A DNA stretch of 64,000 bases from Candidatus Marinacidobacterales bacterium (GCA_965237955.1 OZ250169.1:4416001-4480000); one strand, 5' to 3'. Positions 19,308 through 30,949 are shown, counted from the stretch's first letter. Program-made: numbers and translations. Notes: generated from the sequence alone by a model not told the origin.

Positions 19308-20774
19308 ATGCGCTCAGTGTCGGAACCCGCCTTGGACCTTACGAAATTGTTGCGCCGATTAGAGCGGGCGGGATAGGCGAAGTCTACAAAGCCAAAGACA
19401 CTCGCCTCGACCGCACCGTCGCTATCAAAGTTCTACCGGAAAACTTCGCTGAGGTTCCCGAACGGAAACAACGCTTCGAGCGCGAAGCGAGGGCAATCTC
19501 AAAGCTGAATCATCCCCACATCTGCATCCTTCACGATGTCGGAAGCCAGGACGGCGTTGAATACCTGGTGATGGAGTACATCGAGGGCGAGACGCTGGCG
19601 GAGAGGCTCGAGAAAGGCGCGCTACCGCTCGACCAAGCTCTCGAATACGGAATCCAGATTGTAGACGGATTGGATACGGCTCACCGCGCAGGGATCGCGC
19701 ACCGAGACCTGAAACCGCCCAACGTCATGTTGACGAAGTCCGGGGTAAAGCTTCTGGACTTCGGGCTCGCGAAGCTCGTCGCGGACGGAAGTGCTTCCGA
19801 CGCGTCTGACGCACCCACTCGACAGCAAAAGCGATGTCATGGTGACAGCGTCGACCCAAAGCATCTTACTGTCCGTTTCCGACACTGGTCTTCTCGCCTT
19901 CGTAGCGGACACGGGTGGGATGGAGCTCGCACGCATCGATCGTGAGGGGAACGCTACGACGCTCATGGTGCGCGATGGCGGATCCCTTCAATGGCCGCGC
20001 GTTTCTCCGGATGGATCGCTCCTCGCTGTGTGCCAGATCTCCGGAAGCGGCGTATGGGATGTGTGGGTGCTAGATCTGGAACGCGGGAGCCGCACGCTGT
20101 TGGCTCCCGGCGGATACATCACTCCCGTGTGGACGCCCGACGGCAAACGCGTTGCCGTCGCTACAGGCGAAACCATCTACTGGGCGCCGGCTGATGGGAG
20201 CGAGGGGCTCGAGCAGCTCGCGAGTCGAGAGCATCAGATCCTTCCAGGCTCGTTTCACCCGGATGGCGACGCTCTTGCTTTTTATGAAGTGCACCCGAGC
20301 ACGCGCCGCGATCTCCACGTGCTCGACCTCGGAGACGGAACGCTGAACCCATTTCTAATGACTTCAGACAACGAGAAAGGTCCTGTCTTCTCGCCCGACG
20401 GACGATTCATCGCGTACGATTCTGATGAATCCGGTCGATACGAAGTTTATGTGCGTCCTTACCCCGGGCCGGGAGGGAAGTGGATCGTGTCGACCAATGG
20501 AGGCAGTGGACCAAGATGGTCTTCGGAAACCGGGGAGCTGTTTTACTGGGAAGGCAGTCAAGTCATGGCTGTTTCGGTGGAGACCGAGCCGGAGTTCGAG
20601 GTGGGGCGACCGTACACTTTGTTCCGTAACTCCCAGGTGGTAAGCAGCACGTACGACGTCGCGCCCGACGGTCAGAGCTTTTTCGTCGTCCGACGGGACT
20701 CCTCCCCGACAGAGCTACGCGTCATCTTCAATTGGTTCGAAGAGCTCGAGCGCCTTGCTCCTGCCGACAACTGA
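19308..20774 (+). pseudogene. Ser/Thr kinase-beta-propeller (PD40/TolB-like) protein with a large internal deletion
   Basis: ATG 19308 is out of frame by 1 nt; G-loop altered (IRAGGIG); VAIKVL, HRDLKP and DFGLAK present. Near 19828 it jumps into propeller repeats (PRVSPDG, PVWTPDG, PVFSPDG, NWFEELERL), so the APE motif and TM segment are missing. Confidence 0.85.
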
Positions 20775-20775
20775 C

Positions 20776-21687
20776 CTAATCCCGCAGCCCCTTCCCCGTT
20801 AGATGCAAGAACACATCACCCAAATCCGGGCGATGCACGTTGAGCTTGTGTACATCGTTCCCCTCGGCCACGACTATGGCGAGGATCGCGGGGAGCGATT
20901 GCGTGGAGCTTTTTCCCGTAAAGAAGTACCCGCCCAGTGAACGTGATACGCCGCCAAGCGACTCGAGTTTTTGTCGAAGCTTCTCCGTCGCAGGTCTCAC
21001 CAAATCCAGCTCGACGGTGTGCTCGAGCGCGGAGCGGTCGACGAGCTCGTCGACGGTGCCTTCGGCGATGAACTGCCCTTCGTCCATGATCGCGACTCGC
21101 CCGCACAGACGCTCGGCCTCTTGCATGTAGTGCGTGGTGAGAAGGAGGGCTGTGCCTTCCTCCGCGAAACCGGCCAGCGCTTCGTAAATGTGCTCGCGGG
21201 ATTGGGGGTCGACGCCGACGGTCGGCTCATCGAGCAACACGACATCGGGCTCGTGGATCACACCGCACGCGAGGTTGAGCCGCCGCTTCATCCCGCCCGA
21301 GAACTGACACACCGGATCGCGCGCGCGCGCCGTCAGCCCGGAAAGCGTCAGCAGCAATTGGGTGCGGCTTCTGACGCGCTCGGTCGATAGGCCGTGGATG
21401 CGTCCGAAAAAGTGCAGGTTCTCTTCCGCGCTCAGCGTTGGGTAGAGCGCGATGGTTTGCGGCACCAGGCCTAACTTGCCCGCGGGTTTGATGGTGCCAC
21501 CCGATGGCTCGAGGATTCCGGCGATCATTTCGATCGTCGTGGTTTTGCCGGCCCCGTTCGGGCCGAGCAGGCCAAAGATCTCACCGCGCCCGAGCGAGAA
21601 CGAAATGGACCGCACCGCTTCTCGCGCTCCGAAGCTCTTCGTGAGCGCGTCGACGTCGAGAAGCGAGTCGTTAATCGAGGGGCGCAT
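20776..21687 (-). CDS. ABC exporter ATP-binding protein (DrrA/NodI-like)
   Basis: [32 protein letters not shown] and C-terminal [12 protein letters not shown]. Confidence 0.93.
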   Translation of the reverse strand: MRPSINDSLLDVDALTKSFGAREAVRSISFSLGRGEIFGLLGPNGAGKTTTIEMIAGILEPSGGTIKPAGKLGLVPQTIALYPTLSAEENLHFFGRIHGLSTERVRSRTQLLLTLSGLTARARDPVCQFSGGMKRRLNLACGVIHEPDVVLLDEPTVGVDPQSREHIYEALAGFAEEGTALLLTTHYMQEAERLCGRVAIMDEGQFIAEGTVDELVDRSALEHTVELDLVRPATEKLRQKLESLGGVSRSLGGYFFTGKSSTQSLPAILAIVVAEGNDVHKLNVHRPDLGDVFLHLTGKGLRD

Positions 21688-21702
21688 TGAGTAACGACGC
21701 GC

Positions 21703-23700
21703 TTACACCAGACGCTTCACCGTCTCCGCCACGCTTTCGGGCGTGAGGCCGAGCTTTTCGAAAATGGTGTCGCCCGGTGCCGAAGCGCCGAAGCGATCGA
21801 TTCCAATGGCCCTCCCCTTTTCACCGAGGTAGCGCCGCCAGCCGAGGGTGACGCCGGCTTCGACCGAAACCCGGGCCTTGACCGCTTCGGGAAGGACGGA
21901 CTCCCGATAGTCGTCCGCTTGCGCTTCGAAAAGCTCCCAGCACGGCATCGAGACCACACGGCAACTCACACCCGCTTTTTCGAGAAGCTCGCGCGCCTCG
22001 AGTGCGAGTGCGACTTCCGAGCCGGTTGCGATCACGGCCGCGTCGTCACCCTCCGCGACCACATAAGCGCCGCGCCTCGTCCCGGAGGCATCGCCGTAGC
22101 TCGAGCGATCGATCGTCGCGATTTTCTGGCGGGTCAGAACGAGCGCCGTTGGGCCTTCGGTTCTCTCCATCGCCAAACGCCACGCCTCAGCGGTTTCGTT
22201 CGCATCGGCGGGTCGGATCACGTGCAGGTTGGGAACGACGCGAAGCGCCATGAGATGCTCCACCGGCTGGTGGGTGGGACCGTCTTCGCCCAAGCCGACC
22301 GAATCATGCGTCCACACGTAAATCGCCGGGACCTTGCTGAGCGCAGCGAGACGCACCGCAGGCCGCATGTAGTCGGAGAAAAGGAAAAACGTCGAGGCAT
22401 AGCCGCGCAGGCCGCCGTGGTACGCCATGCCGTTGACGATGCTTCCCATCGCGTGCTCGCGCACACCGAAGTGGATGTTGCGACCTTCACCGGTCTGACC
22501 GTCGAACGAGCCCATGTCTTTGAGCGCGGTCTTGGTCGAAGACGACAGATCGGCATCGCCGCCGAGAAGCTCGGGCACCGCGGCCGCAATCGCGTTCAGC
22601 ACTTTGCCCGACGCTTCGCGCGTGGCGAGATTGTCTCCGGTCTCGAAGCTCGGGATCGCTGCCTCCCATCCCGCGGGAAGCTTATTCGAGAAACGGCGCT
22701 CCCACTCCGCCGCAAGCTCGGGGTGAGCACTTCGATACGACGCGAATCGCTCGTTCCATCGCGATTCGGCTTCGTCGCCACGCTCGATCGCCTTGCCGAA
22801 TTGCCCTTTCGCTTCCTCGGGCACGTAGAACGGCTCCTCGGCGTCCCACCCGAGGCTTTCTTTCGTCAGCGTGACTTCGTCCGCACCGAGCGGTGAGCCG
22901 TGCGCCGACGACGAGCCTTGCTTGTTGGGCGAGCCATACCCGATGGTCGTTTTGACGATGATGATCGACGGCCGCCTCGTTTCTTCCTTCGCTTCCCGAA
23001 TCGCGGCGTCGATCGCCTCGAGATCCGTGTCTCCGTCTTGCACGCGCAGCACGTGCCACCCGTACGCTTGGTAGCGGCGCCCGACGTCCTCAGTGCTGAA
23101 CGTGAGCGACGCCGGCCCGTCGAGGGTGACGTCGTTGGCATCGTAGAGATAGATGAGCTTTCCGAGGCGCACGTGGCCGGCAAACGAAGCCGCTTCCGCG
23201 GAGATTCCCTCCATGAGATCGCCATCCGAGACGAGCGCGTAGGTGTAGTGGTCGACGATCATATGAGAGCGCCGGTTGAAACGGTACGCGAGCGCGCGCT
23301 CCGCGAGCGCCATGCCGACGGCGTTCGCCGAACCTTGGCCGAGAGGGCCGGTGGTCGCTTCGACCCCCGGCGTGTCGAACGACTCGGGATGGCCGGGAGT
23401 GCGACTTCCCCACTGCCGGAAGGCTTTGAGGTCGTCCATGGTGACGTCGTAGCCTGTCAGGTGCAACAGAGCATAGAGCAACATCGAGCCGTGTCCGGCC
23501 GACAAGACGAACCGATCGCGGTCTGGCCAATCGGGATTTTGCGGCTGATGTCGAAGGTGGCGCTGCCACAGCACGTAGGCCATGGGCGCCGCGCCCATAG
23601 GAAGGCCAGGGTGGCCCGAGCTCGCCTTTTGTACCGCATCGATGGCCAGGGTGCGGATTGTGTTGACGCACAGCTGGTCAAGCGCAACTGCGGTGGTCAT
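21703..23700 (-). CDS. tkt: Transketolase
   Basis: [42 protein letters not shown] and GEDGPTHQP. Confidence 0.97.
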   Translation of the reverse strand: MTTAVALDQLCVNTIRTLAIDAVQKASSGHPGLPMGAAPMAYVLWQRHLRHQPQNPDWPDRDRFVLSAGHGSMLLYALLHLTGYDVTMDDLKAFRQWGSRTPGHPESFDTPGVEATTGPLGQGSANAVGMALAERALAYRFNRRSHMIVDHYTYALVSDGDLMEGISAEAASFAGHVRLGKLIYLYDANDVTLDGPASLTFSTEDVGRRYQAYGWHVLRVQDGDTDLEAIDAAIREAKEETRRPSIIIVKTTIGYGSPNKQGSSSAHGSPLGADEVTLTKESLGWDAEEPFYVPEEAKGQFGKAIERGDEAESRWNERFASYRSAHPELAAEWERRFSNKLPAGWEAAIPSFETGDNLATREASGKVLNAIAAAVPELLGGDADLSSSTKTALKDMGSFDGQTGEGRNIHFGVREHAMGSIVNGMAYHGGLRGYASTFFLFSDYMRPAVRLAALSKVPAIYVWTHDSVGLGEDGPTHQPVEHLMALRVVPNLHVIRPADANETAEAWRLAMERTEGPTALVLTRQKIATIDRSSYGDASGTRRGAYVVAEGDDAAVIATGSEVALALEARELLEKAGVSCRVVSMPCWELFEAQADDYRESVLPEAVKARVSVEAGVTLGWRRYLGEKGRAIGIDRFGASAPGDTIFEKLGLTPESVAETVKRLV

Positions 23701-23900
23701 GCTTCGAATCCTCCTTGTGGAACCCCTGAAGAATGCCGGAAAAGAATCCGGAGAATATCAAGACGAGACGCGCCGCACAAGCTGAAAAGGCTGAAGTTGG
23801 CCCAGCTAACCAGCTAATATTCAATGGCTTACCCAAAAAAGCATCTCACGAGTTAACTTTTTCACAGTCTATGGGTCGCAAGAATCGGTAACGTCGTTTT

Positions 23901-24614
23901 ATGGCGACGCTTATAAGAAGTAGTGAAGGCAGTTCCCAATTTCTCCGGGGGAGCACGGAAGTCGATCCCCAGGGATCCCTGGCCGAAGTCCCACTCTTCC
24001 GCGTCTTGTCCGGCGACGAGCTCGAAGAGCTTCTGGCCGCGAGCACGAGCCACCGCGTTCACCGTCAGCAAGTCGTCTTTTGCGAAGGCGAGAAGCTGAC
24101 GCACCTCTACCTCGCCCAAACCGGAAGCATCAAGCTCGTCCGCCACTCAGAGGACGGGAAGGAACTGATCGTCGCGCTGGCGCGTCCGGGAGAATGCTTC
24201 GGGGCGCTCGCCGACCCGCTGGAATCCCGAACGCTCGCCCAGGCGCTCGAGGATTCGGTGCTCCTCGTCGTTCCCCTTTCTGCGGTCCGGCACACACTGG
24301 CGCAAAATCCCCGGTTCGCGACCGGCCTCCTTCGGCAAGCTCTGAAACGGCACCAAGACGCCGAAACCGCAGCGACGCGGCTCGCGTTCGAGACTGTCCC
24401 CCAGCGCCTGGCGCATCTGCTGCTCGAAGTATCGGATCCGCACTCCGGCAAGCTCGCGACCCCTCTGAATCAGACCGAAATCGCGAACTTGATCGGGAGC
24501 AGCCGGGAAACGGTGTGCTCCATCCTCAACCAGTTCCGCCGGCAAAGGTTACTCGACATCGACCGTGGCCGGCTTCGCATCGTGGAACGCGCGCTTCTGA
24601 CCGACGTCAAATAA
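23901..24614 (+). CDS. Crp/Fnr-family transcriptional regulator
   Basis: cNMP-binding-like domain plus HTH NQTEIANLIGSSRETVCSIL. Confidence 0.9.
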   Translation: MATLIRSSEGSSQFLRGSTEVDPQGSLAEVPLFRVLSGDELEELLAASTSHRVHRQQVVFCEGEKLTHLYLAQTGSIKLVRHSEDGKELIVALARPGECFGALADPLESRTLAQALEDSVLLVVPLSAVRHTLAQNPRFATGLLRQALKRHQDAETAATRLAFETVPQRLAHLLLEVSDPHSGKLATPLNQTEIANLIGSSRETVCSILNQFRRQRLLDIDRGRLRIVERALLTDVK

Positions 24615-24661
24615 GCCAGATTCGCACCTAAAGTACCCCGTCCGCCAGCCGATAGAGCGAT

Positions 24662-26866
24662 GTGGATCCGCTGTCGACGACGAAGCCTCGCCCGAGCCAA
24701 GAAGACGAATCCGAGGTCGAGATTCAGAGCGCGGAAGCGCATGCTCTCCAGCCCGGCCGCCCTGACCATCCCGACGAGCGCATCCTCTACGTCGACGACG
24801 ACGATATCGCTCGCGAGGCGTTCGCGGACGCGGCCATCCAGCTAGGCTTTCGGGTCGATACCGCCGACGGCGGCGGCGAGGCGCTCACGATGGCGAGCCG
24901 GCGCCGTTACGCCGTCATCGCGGCGGATATACGCATGCCCACGTTGAACGGGCTCTCGCTGATCCAGCTGCTCCGGCCCAAGCGGCCCGACGCAACCTAT
25001 CTGATCGTCACCGGCGCGTCCCACCTCGACCTGCCGAGCCAGGCCAACGGCGAGCCGCTCGTGGACGAGATCGTCTCGAAGCCGTGGACACTGAGCCAGC
25101 TCGCGAAGATTCTCAAACGCGCCGTCGACCGCGCGCGCGCGCGCCAGTCGGATGGCTCCGCAAAGCAGCCGCAGGATCTTCCCATCCTCGTCGTCGAAGA
25201 CGATCCCGAAAACGTCACCATCTTACGCAAGCTCATGGCCGAGAGCTTGCCCGACACGAGCTGTGTGCACGCGCAAAGTCTTTCGCACGCGATCGAGATG
25301 CTCGCGGAGCGCGCGTTCCGCCTCGCGGTCGTCGATCTGGAGCTTGCGGACAGCGGCGGACTCGAGACGGTGCTGAGCTTGAGGCGCACCGTTCCGGAGC
25401 TCCCCCTCGTCGTTCTCGGAGTTCTCGACGATGAGCTCGTCCAAAACCAAGTCTTGAAAGCGGGCGCGCAAGACTACCTCGTCAAGAGCCGCCTCGACGA
25501 GTACAACCTGAGACGCTCGGTGCGTTACGCGCTCGAGCGCAAGGAACTCGAGGACCGTCTCACGTTCCTCTCGCAAAGCGATCCGGTGACCGGCCTACCC
25601 AACCGAGCGTCGCTCCTCCAAGATCTCGGGCGCGCCGTCAGCCGCGCGAGAAGCCCGGACGCGAAGGTCGCGGTGCTGCTGCTCGACCTGGATCGATTCA
25701 AGATCGTCAACGAATCTCTCGGCCACGACATGGGGGACCGTCTCCTCAAAGTGGTTGCCGATCGCTTGCGTGAGAATCTGAGAGACGTCGACATCTCCGC
25801 CAGACTCGGGGGTGACGAATTCGCGATCCTCCTCGAAGGTGTATCGAGCGACGACGAAGCGGTGGCTACCGCACAACGTCTGTTGGAGGCGCTCACACCT
25901 CCCGCAAGACTCAACGACTACGAGATCGCATCGACGGGCAGTATCGGCGTCGCGCTCTATCCCGACCACGCGGAATCGGCGACAGAGCTACTCCAGCGCG
26001 CCGACCGCGCCATGTACCGCGCCAAACAAAACGGGCGGGACGGCTACGCGCTCTACAGCGACGAGAACGAGGAATCCCGCTCCGGTGTTTTGGAGCGACT
26101 CACGTTCGAAAGCGGGATCCGCCACGCGCTCGAGCGCGACGAGTACGTCGTGTTCTTCCAGCCGCAGCTGACGCTCGATCGAAAGCGATTGGTCGCGGTG
26201 GAAGCTCTCGTCCGCTGGAACCATCCCAAAGCGAGTCTCGTCCCGCCGGGGCGTTTCATGCCGTTTCTGGAGAGCTCGGGCCTCATCAAAGGTGTGGGCG
26301 ATTGGGTGCTCCAGACCTCGTGCCACCAGGTCAAGCTCTGGCAGGATGAAGTCTTTCCCGAGCTGCGGGTATCGGTGAATCTATCCGCGCGGCAGTTCGA
26401 AGGCACCGACCTCGTGGCCACGGTGGAGCGGGCGCTCTCGGAGTCGGGGCTTCCGGCAACCGATCTCGAGCTCGAGATCACCGAAAGTCTCTTGATGCGC
26501 GATACCGAACGTACGCGAGCAACGCTTCAAGAGTTGAAAGCGCTCGGTGTACGCATCGCCATCGACGACTTCGGCACCGGGTATTCTTCGCTTGCTTACC
26601 TGACGACGTTTCCTCTCGATTGCCTCAAGATCGACCGCAGTTTCGTCCACGACATCACCACCAACGACGACGACCGCACCGTCGCCGAGGCGATCATTGG
26701 CTTGGGTCACAACCTTCGGCTCGACGTCGTCGCGGAAGGTGTCGAGACCGAGGAACAGCTTGGGCTTTTGAGCGGGTGCGACGGTTTCCAGGGATTTCTG
26801 ATCAGCCGCCCACAACCATCCCAAGCAGCTCGACAGCTATTGGCACAGTACTCCCGCGCTCCGTAA
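24662..26866 (+). CDS. Dual-REC GGDEF-EAL diguanylate cyclase/phosphodiesterase
   Basis: Two receiver domains, RDVD I-site, RLGGDEF, EALVRW, ELEITES, DDFGTGYSS and AEGVET. Confidence 0.93.
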   Translation: MDPLSTTKPRPSQEDESEVEIQSAEAHALQPGRPDHPDERILYVDDDDIAREAFADAAIQLGFRVDTADGGGEALTMASRRRYAVIAADIRMPTLNGLSLIQLLRPKRPDATYLIVTGASHLDLPSQANGEPLVDEIVSKPWTLSQLAKILKRAVDRARARQSDGSAKQPQDLPILVVEDDPENVTILRKLMAESLPDTSCVHAQSLSHAIEMLAERAFRLAVVDLELADSGGLETVLSLRRTVPELPLVVLGVLDDELVQNQVLKAGAQDYLVKSRLDEYNLRRSVRYALERKELEDRLTFLSQSDPVTGLPNRASLLQDLGRAVSRARSPDAKVAVLLLDLDRFKIVNESLGHDMGDRLLKVVADRLRENLRDVDISARLGGDEFAILLEGVSSDDEAVATAQRLLEALTPPARLNDYEIASTGSIGVALYPDHAESATELLQRADRAMYRAKQNGRDGYALYSDENEESRSGVLERLTFESGIRHALERDEYVVFFQPQLTLDRKRLVAVEALVRWNHPKASLVPPGRFMPFLESSGLIKGVGDWVLQTSCHQVKLWQDEVFPELRVSVNLSARQFEGTDLVATVERALSESGLPATDLELEITESLLMRDTERTRATLQELKALGVRIAIDDFGTGYSSLAYLTTFPLDCLKIDRSFVHDITTNDDDRTVAEAIIGLGHNLRLDVVAEGVETEEQLGLLSGCDGFQGFLISRPQPSQAARQLLAQYSRAP

Positions 26867-27044
26867 GAGCGCATCGCCTCAAAAACCCGAGCTCCGCGCA
26901 AACACCATACGGTTTCCGCTCGGGAAGCGGATCGTCATCGACGCTTCGCCCACCTTCAGGTACGGATCCTCGCACCAACGGGCCCTCAATTGGAAATCTG
27001 TTACCATGGGCCGTTTCGAGCATTGGGTTTATGGAGTCGGGGTC

Positions 27045-27965
27045 GTGAACGCTAGACCGATTACTGTCGTCCTTGTTGTGGTTCTCGTCATGCTGGTTCT
27101 CCTTGGCGGCTGCTCCCTCAAGAGCCGCGCCGTCGATACTCTCGCCGACGTGCTCGGTGACGGCGAAGCCGTCTATCTCTCGGACGAAGACCCGGAGCTC
27201 ATCGCCGCAGCGCTTCCGTTCAACATGAAAACGATGGAGACGCTGCTCGAGACCAACCCCAACCATCGAGGTCTGCTCCTCACCTCGACGAAATCATTCA
27301 TTCTCTACACGTACGCTTTCGTCGAGCCTGAAACGCGTGAGTTGGAATACACCGAGTTCGACGAAGCCGAAGCGGTGCGGCTTCGTGCCGCACGGCTGTA
27401 CCGCCGTGCCTACCGCTACGGCATCCGCGGACTCGAAGTCGAACATCCGGGTATTGGCGAGCGTCTGAGCGCTAGCCCCGACGAAGTGGCACAAGGCCTT
27501 ACCCTCGAGGACGTCCCTCTTACGGTCTGGACCGCCGCCGCCCTTGGCGGCGCGATCGGCGTCGCCATCGACGATCCGGAATCGACCGCCGATATCGCCG
27601 TCGTCGGCGCGTTGTTAGAGCGGGCGCTCTCGCTCGACGAAGATTTCGAGAGCGGCACCATCCATGAATTCTTGTTCTCGTACGAGGCAGGGAGGCTCGG
27701 TGGCGACATGGAGAAAGCGCGCATGCACTACGATCGCGCTCTCGCGCTCGGTCCCAGCAAAAAGCCTTCGATCTGGCTGAGCTGGGCCGAGAGCGTTTCC
27801 GTGGCCCAACAAAACCGGAGTGAGTTCCTGGAGCTCGTAGAACAGGTGCTCGAGTTCGACGTGAGCGCCTATCCCGAAAACCGGTTGCTCAACATCCTGG
27901 CACAGCGACGAGCTCGATGGTTGCAAGACACCGTCGACGAGCTCTTTTTGGAAAGTGGAACCTGA
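27045..27965 (+). CDS. TRAP transporter TatT component (lipoprotein)
   Basis: Lipobox LGGC, DEDPELIAAALPF and ENRLLN; directly upstream of dctP. Confidence 0.82.
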   Translation: MNARPITVVLVVVLVMLVLLGGCSLKSRAVDTLADVLGDGEAVYLSDEDPELIAAALPFNMKTMETLLETNPNHRGLLLTSTKSFILYTYAFVEPETRELEYTEFDEAEAVRLRAARLYRRAYRYGIRGLEVEHPGIGERLSASPDEVAQGLTLEDVPLTVWTAAALGGAIGVAIDDPESTADIAVVGALLERALSLDEDFESGTIHEFLFSYEAGRLGGDMEKARMHYDRALALGPSKKPSIWLSWAESVSVAQQNRSEFLELVEQVLEFDVSAYPENRLLNILAQRRARWLQDTVDELFLESGT

Positions 27966-27966
27966 G

Positions 27967-28989
27967 ATGAAGCGCGGACTGAGCAACTTGTCTAGAGGCT
28001 TCCTGTGCACCCTACTTCTATCGGCGGCAATGGCGGCCGAAGCTCGCGTCGTGGTGCGGCTAGGTACAGTGGCGCCTAAAGGCTCTTCCTGGGAGCTTCT
28101 CATGAGGCGCATGGGCGCCGAATGGGGTAAAGCGACCGATGGAGAAGTGCGGTTGCGCATCTACGCCGGCGGCACGGTGGGCGACGAAGGCGAGATGATC
28201 CGCAAGATGCGCATCGGCCAGCTGCAGGCCGCCGGCATCTCGAACGCCGGGCTTGCCGAGCTCGATCCCAGAGCCTATGCCCTCATGCTCCCGATGATGT
28301 TCGAATCCTACGAAGAGTGGGACTACGTCCGCAACGAGATCAACCCGATTCTCGAGAAGAATCTGGCCGAGAAAGGATTCATCGTTCTTACGTGGTCCGA
28401 CGTCGGCTGGGTGTATTTCTTCACCAAAGCTCCGATGCGCACGCCTACTGACCTCGCGGGCATGAAGCTTGCCGGCTCGCATACCGAGACGCGGACGATC
28501 GACATCTTCAAGTGGGCTGGATTCAACCCGGTGCCGATATCGACCGTCGACATGATGACCGGGCTCCAAACGGGCTTGGTTGACTCGACCTACGTGCCTC
28601 TCATTCTCGCGGAAGGCTCCCAGCTCTATCGTCAGGTGTCGCACATGACCGATATGAAGTGGGCGCCCCTTCAAGGCGCCATCGTCATGCACGAGAACGG
28701 TTGGAAGAAGCTCACCCCCGATCAGCAGGCCGACGTGCTCCGGATCACACGCAAAATCGGTGAAGAGCAACGACAATCGAACCGGCAACATGAACAGCGC
28801 TCGCTCGATGCCATGACCAAACGAGGGCTTCAAGTCATCGACGTGACCGACGAGATCCTCGACGAATGGCGTGCGGTCGCGGAGAAAGCGTACCCGCGGG
28901 TGCGCGACGACCTGGTACCCCCCGAGATTTTCGATCGCGTCGAAGAGCTCCGGGACGAATTTCGAGCGCGGCAGGCCAGCCAACCCTGA
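27967..28989 (+). CDS. dctP: TRAP substrate-binding protein DctP (TatP)
   Basis: LGTVAPKGSSW, YAGGTVGDEGEMIRKMRIGQL and LQTGLVD. Confidence 0.9.
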   Translation: MKRGLSNLSRGFLCTLLLSAAMAAEARVVVRLGTVAPKGSSWELLMRRMGAEWGKATDGEVRLRIYAGGTVGDEGEMIRKMRIGQLQAAGISNAGLAELDPRAYALMLPMMFESYEEWDYVRNEINPILEKNLAEKGFIVLTWSDVGWVYFFTKAPMRTPTDLAGMKLAGSHTETRTIDIFKWAGFNPVPISTVDMMTGLQTGLVDSTYVPLILAEGSQLYRQVSHMTDMKWAPLQGAIVMHENGWKKLTPDQQADVLRITRKIGEEQRQSNRQHEQRSLDAMTKRGLQVIDVTDEILDEWRAVAEKAYPRVRDDLVPPEIFDRVEELRDEFRARQASQP

Positions 28990-30833
28990 GCGAAATCATA
29001 AAAGACCCCGGGCCCGAGGCGGCGCCTCTTCCGCCTTTCAAGGGGCTCCATGCTTTCGAAAACGGTATCTCTATCGCGGCGCTCTTCACCATGGCGCTTC
29101 TGCCGCTCGCAGAAGCGATCGTCCGCACGGTGTATCCGGGCGGGATTTCCGGCTCGACCATCTGGGTGCAACACCTTGCTCTCTGGGTCGCTTTTCTCGG
29201 TGCCGCGATCGCCGCGCGTCGTGGCGAGCTGTTGTCGTTGACGGCGGGGGCCCAGCTCGCGGGGGCGCGCTCCCGCGCGTGGATCGATATCGTCGTCGGT
29301 GGTATCAGTGTCGCCGTTTGTCTCGTTCTTCTGTACGGAAGCCTGGTGCTCGTTTACGTCGAGCGCGACGGCGGGCGGACGATCGGGGTCGGTCTTCCCG
29401 TCTGGATCGCACAGGCGATCATGCCAGTCGGGTTTGCACTGATCGGCGTGCGCCTTCTGCTGAGAGCGTCACCGAACTGGAAAGGACGACTACTCGCGGC
29501 GAGTTTCGCACTCGTGCCACTCGTGCTGTGGCGCTTCGAAGCCCTTCAAGAAACGAGCTTGTACTTGCCGCTCGTCGTTGCCCTCATTGGGGCCACCGCG
29601 CTCGGCGCGCCGATCTTCGTCGGCATCGGCGGCGTAGCCGCGGTCCTGTTGTGGCACGACTTCTTCCCCGTCGCCGCGATCCCGACCGAGGCTTACAACC
29701 TCGCGATCAAACCTATTCTTCCGACGATCCCGTTGTTCACGCTCGCGGGCTTCATCCTTGCGGAAGGGGGAACGCCGCGTCGACTCGTAGAGCTCTTCAC
29801 TGCACTCGTCGGTTGGCTTCCTGGCGGCGTGGCCGTGGTCGCGATCGTGGTGTGCGCGTTTTTTACGAGCTTCACCGGCGGAAGCGGCGTGACCATCCTC
29901 GCCATGGGCGGGCTGTTGTTCCCGATGCTGCTCGATCGGAAGTACACGCCGAAGTTCGCGACCGGGCTTTTGACGTCGGCAGGCTCGCTGGGGCTGCTGT
30001 TCCCGCCGTCGCTCGCCGTCATCCTCTATGGCCTCGTCGCGAAGGTCGAGGTCCGGCAGCTTTTCGTCGCCGGGTTCATTCCCGCGGTCCTCGAGATCGG
30101 GATCGTGGCCGCGTTCGCGCTCTACCTGGCAAGGAAAGTCCGGATCGAGCGTGTCTCGTTCGAGTCCAGACGCGCCGTGAAGGCGCTCTGGATCGCGAAG
30201 TGGGAAGTCGCGATTCCGGTGGTCGTTCTCGGGAGCATCCTCGGGGGGTTTGCCACGCTCGTCGAGGCTTCCGCCATCACCGTGCTCTACGCTTTCATCC
30301 TCGAGTTCGTCATCCACCGCGACTTGAAGATCAAACAGGATCTGCTGCGCGTCGGCGGCGACGCGGCGACGTTGATCGGCGGCGTGCTCATCATCCTCGG
30401 CGTCGCGCTCGGGTTGACGAACTACTTGATCTTCGCCGAAATCCCTCAGGCGGCGGTGGAGTCGGTGCAGACCATCGTGAGCTCACCGCTCGTGTTCCTC
30501 CTGCTGCTCAACATCTTTTTGCTGATCGTCGGGTGCTTGATGGATATCTACTCGGCGATCGTCGTGGTCGTCCCCCTCATCACTCCTCTCGGCCTGGTCT
30601 TCGGCATCGACCCGTTCCACCTCGGCATCATCTTTCTTACCAATATGGAGCTCGGTTACCTCACCCCTCCCGTGGGGATGAACCTCTTTTTGGCCTCGTA
30701 CCGGTTCAAGCAGCCGCTTCCGGATGTTTATCGTGCGGCGCTGCCCTTTCTGGTGATCCGCGCGGTGGCCGTGCTACTCGTAACTTACGTGCCATGGCTG
30801 ACGCAGTTCCTGCCAGCGCTGCTGTTGCGGTAG
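28986..30833 (+). CDS. Fused TRAP DctQ-DctM permease
   Basis: Four-TM DctQ region then DctM motifs TIPLFTLAG, FTGGSGVTI, GSLGLLFPPS and LTPPVGMNLF; start uncertain (CTG overlap or ATG 29091). Confidence 0.9.
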   Translation: MSEIIKDPGPEAAPLPPFKGLHAFENGISIAALFTMALLPLAEAIVRTVYPGGISGSTIWVQHLALWVAFLGAAIAARRGELLSLTAGAQLAGARSRAWIDIVVGGISVAVCLVLLYGSLVLVYVERDGGRTIGVGLPVWIAQAIMPVGFALIGVRLLLRASPNWKGRLLAASFALVPLVLWRFEALQETSLYLPLVVALIGATALGAPIFVGIGGVAAVLLWHDFFPVAAIPTEAYNLAIKPILPTIPLFTLAGFILAEGGTPRRLVELFTALVGWLPGGVAVVAIVVCAFFTSFTGGSGVTILAMGGLLFPMLLDRKYTPKFATGLLTSAGSLGLLFPPSLAVILYGLVAKVEVRQLFVAGFIPAVLEIGIVAAFALYLARKVRIERVSFESRRAVKALWIAKWEVAIPVVVLGSILGGFATLVEASAITVLYAFILEFVIHRDLKIKQDLLRVGGDAATLIGGVLIILGVALGLTNYLIFAEIPQAAVESVQTIVSSPLVFLLLLNIFLLIVGCLMDIYSAIVVVVPLITPLGLVFGIDPFHLGIIFLTNMELGYLTPPVGMNLFLASYRFKQPLPDVYRAALPFLVIRAVAVLLVTYVPWLTQFLPALLLR

Positions 30834-30886
30834 CACCTCCCCTGCCCCTGTCCGTCCCCGTTCGCGACGGGCGCCATCGTTTGTCT

Positions 30887-30949
30887 GTCGCCGTAGCACG
30901 CGCCGTCGGCGGCGACCCGTCGATTGTGCTCGCGGATGAGCCGACCGGA
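30887..30949 (+). pseudogene. 21-codon relic of an ABC ATPase (Walker B region)
   Basis: Intergenic sequence translates to VAVARAVGGDPSIVLADEPTG with no start or flanking domain. Confidence 0.7.
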
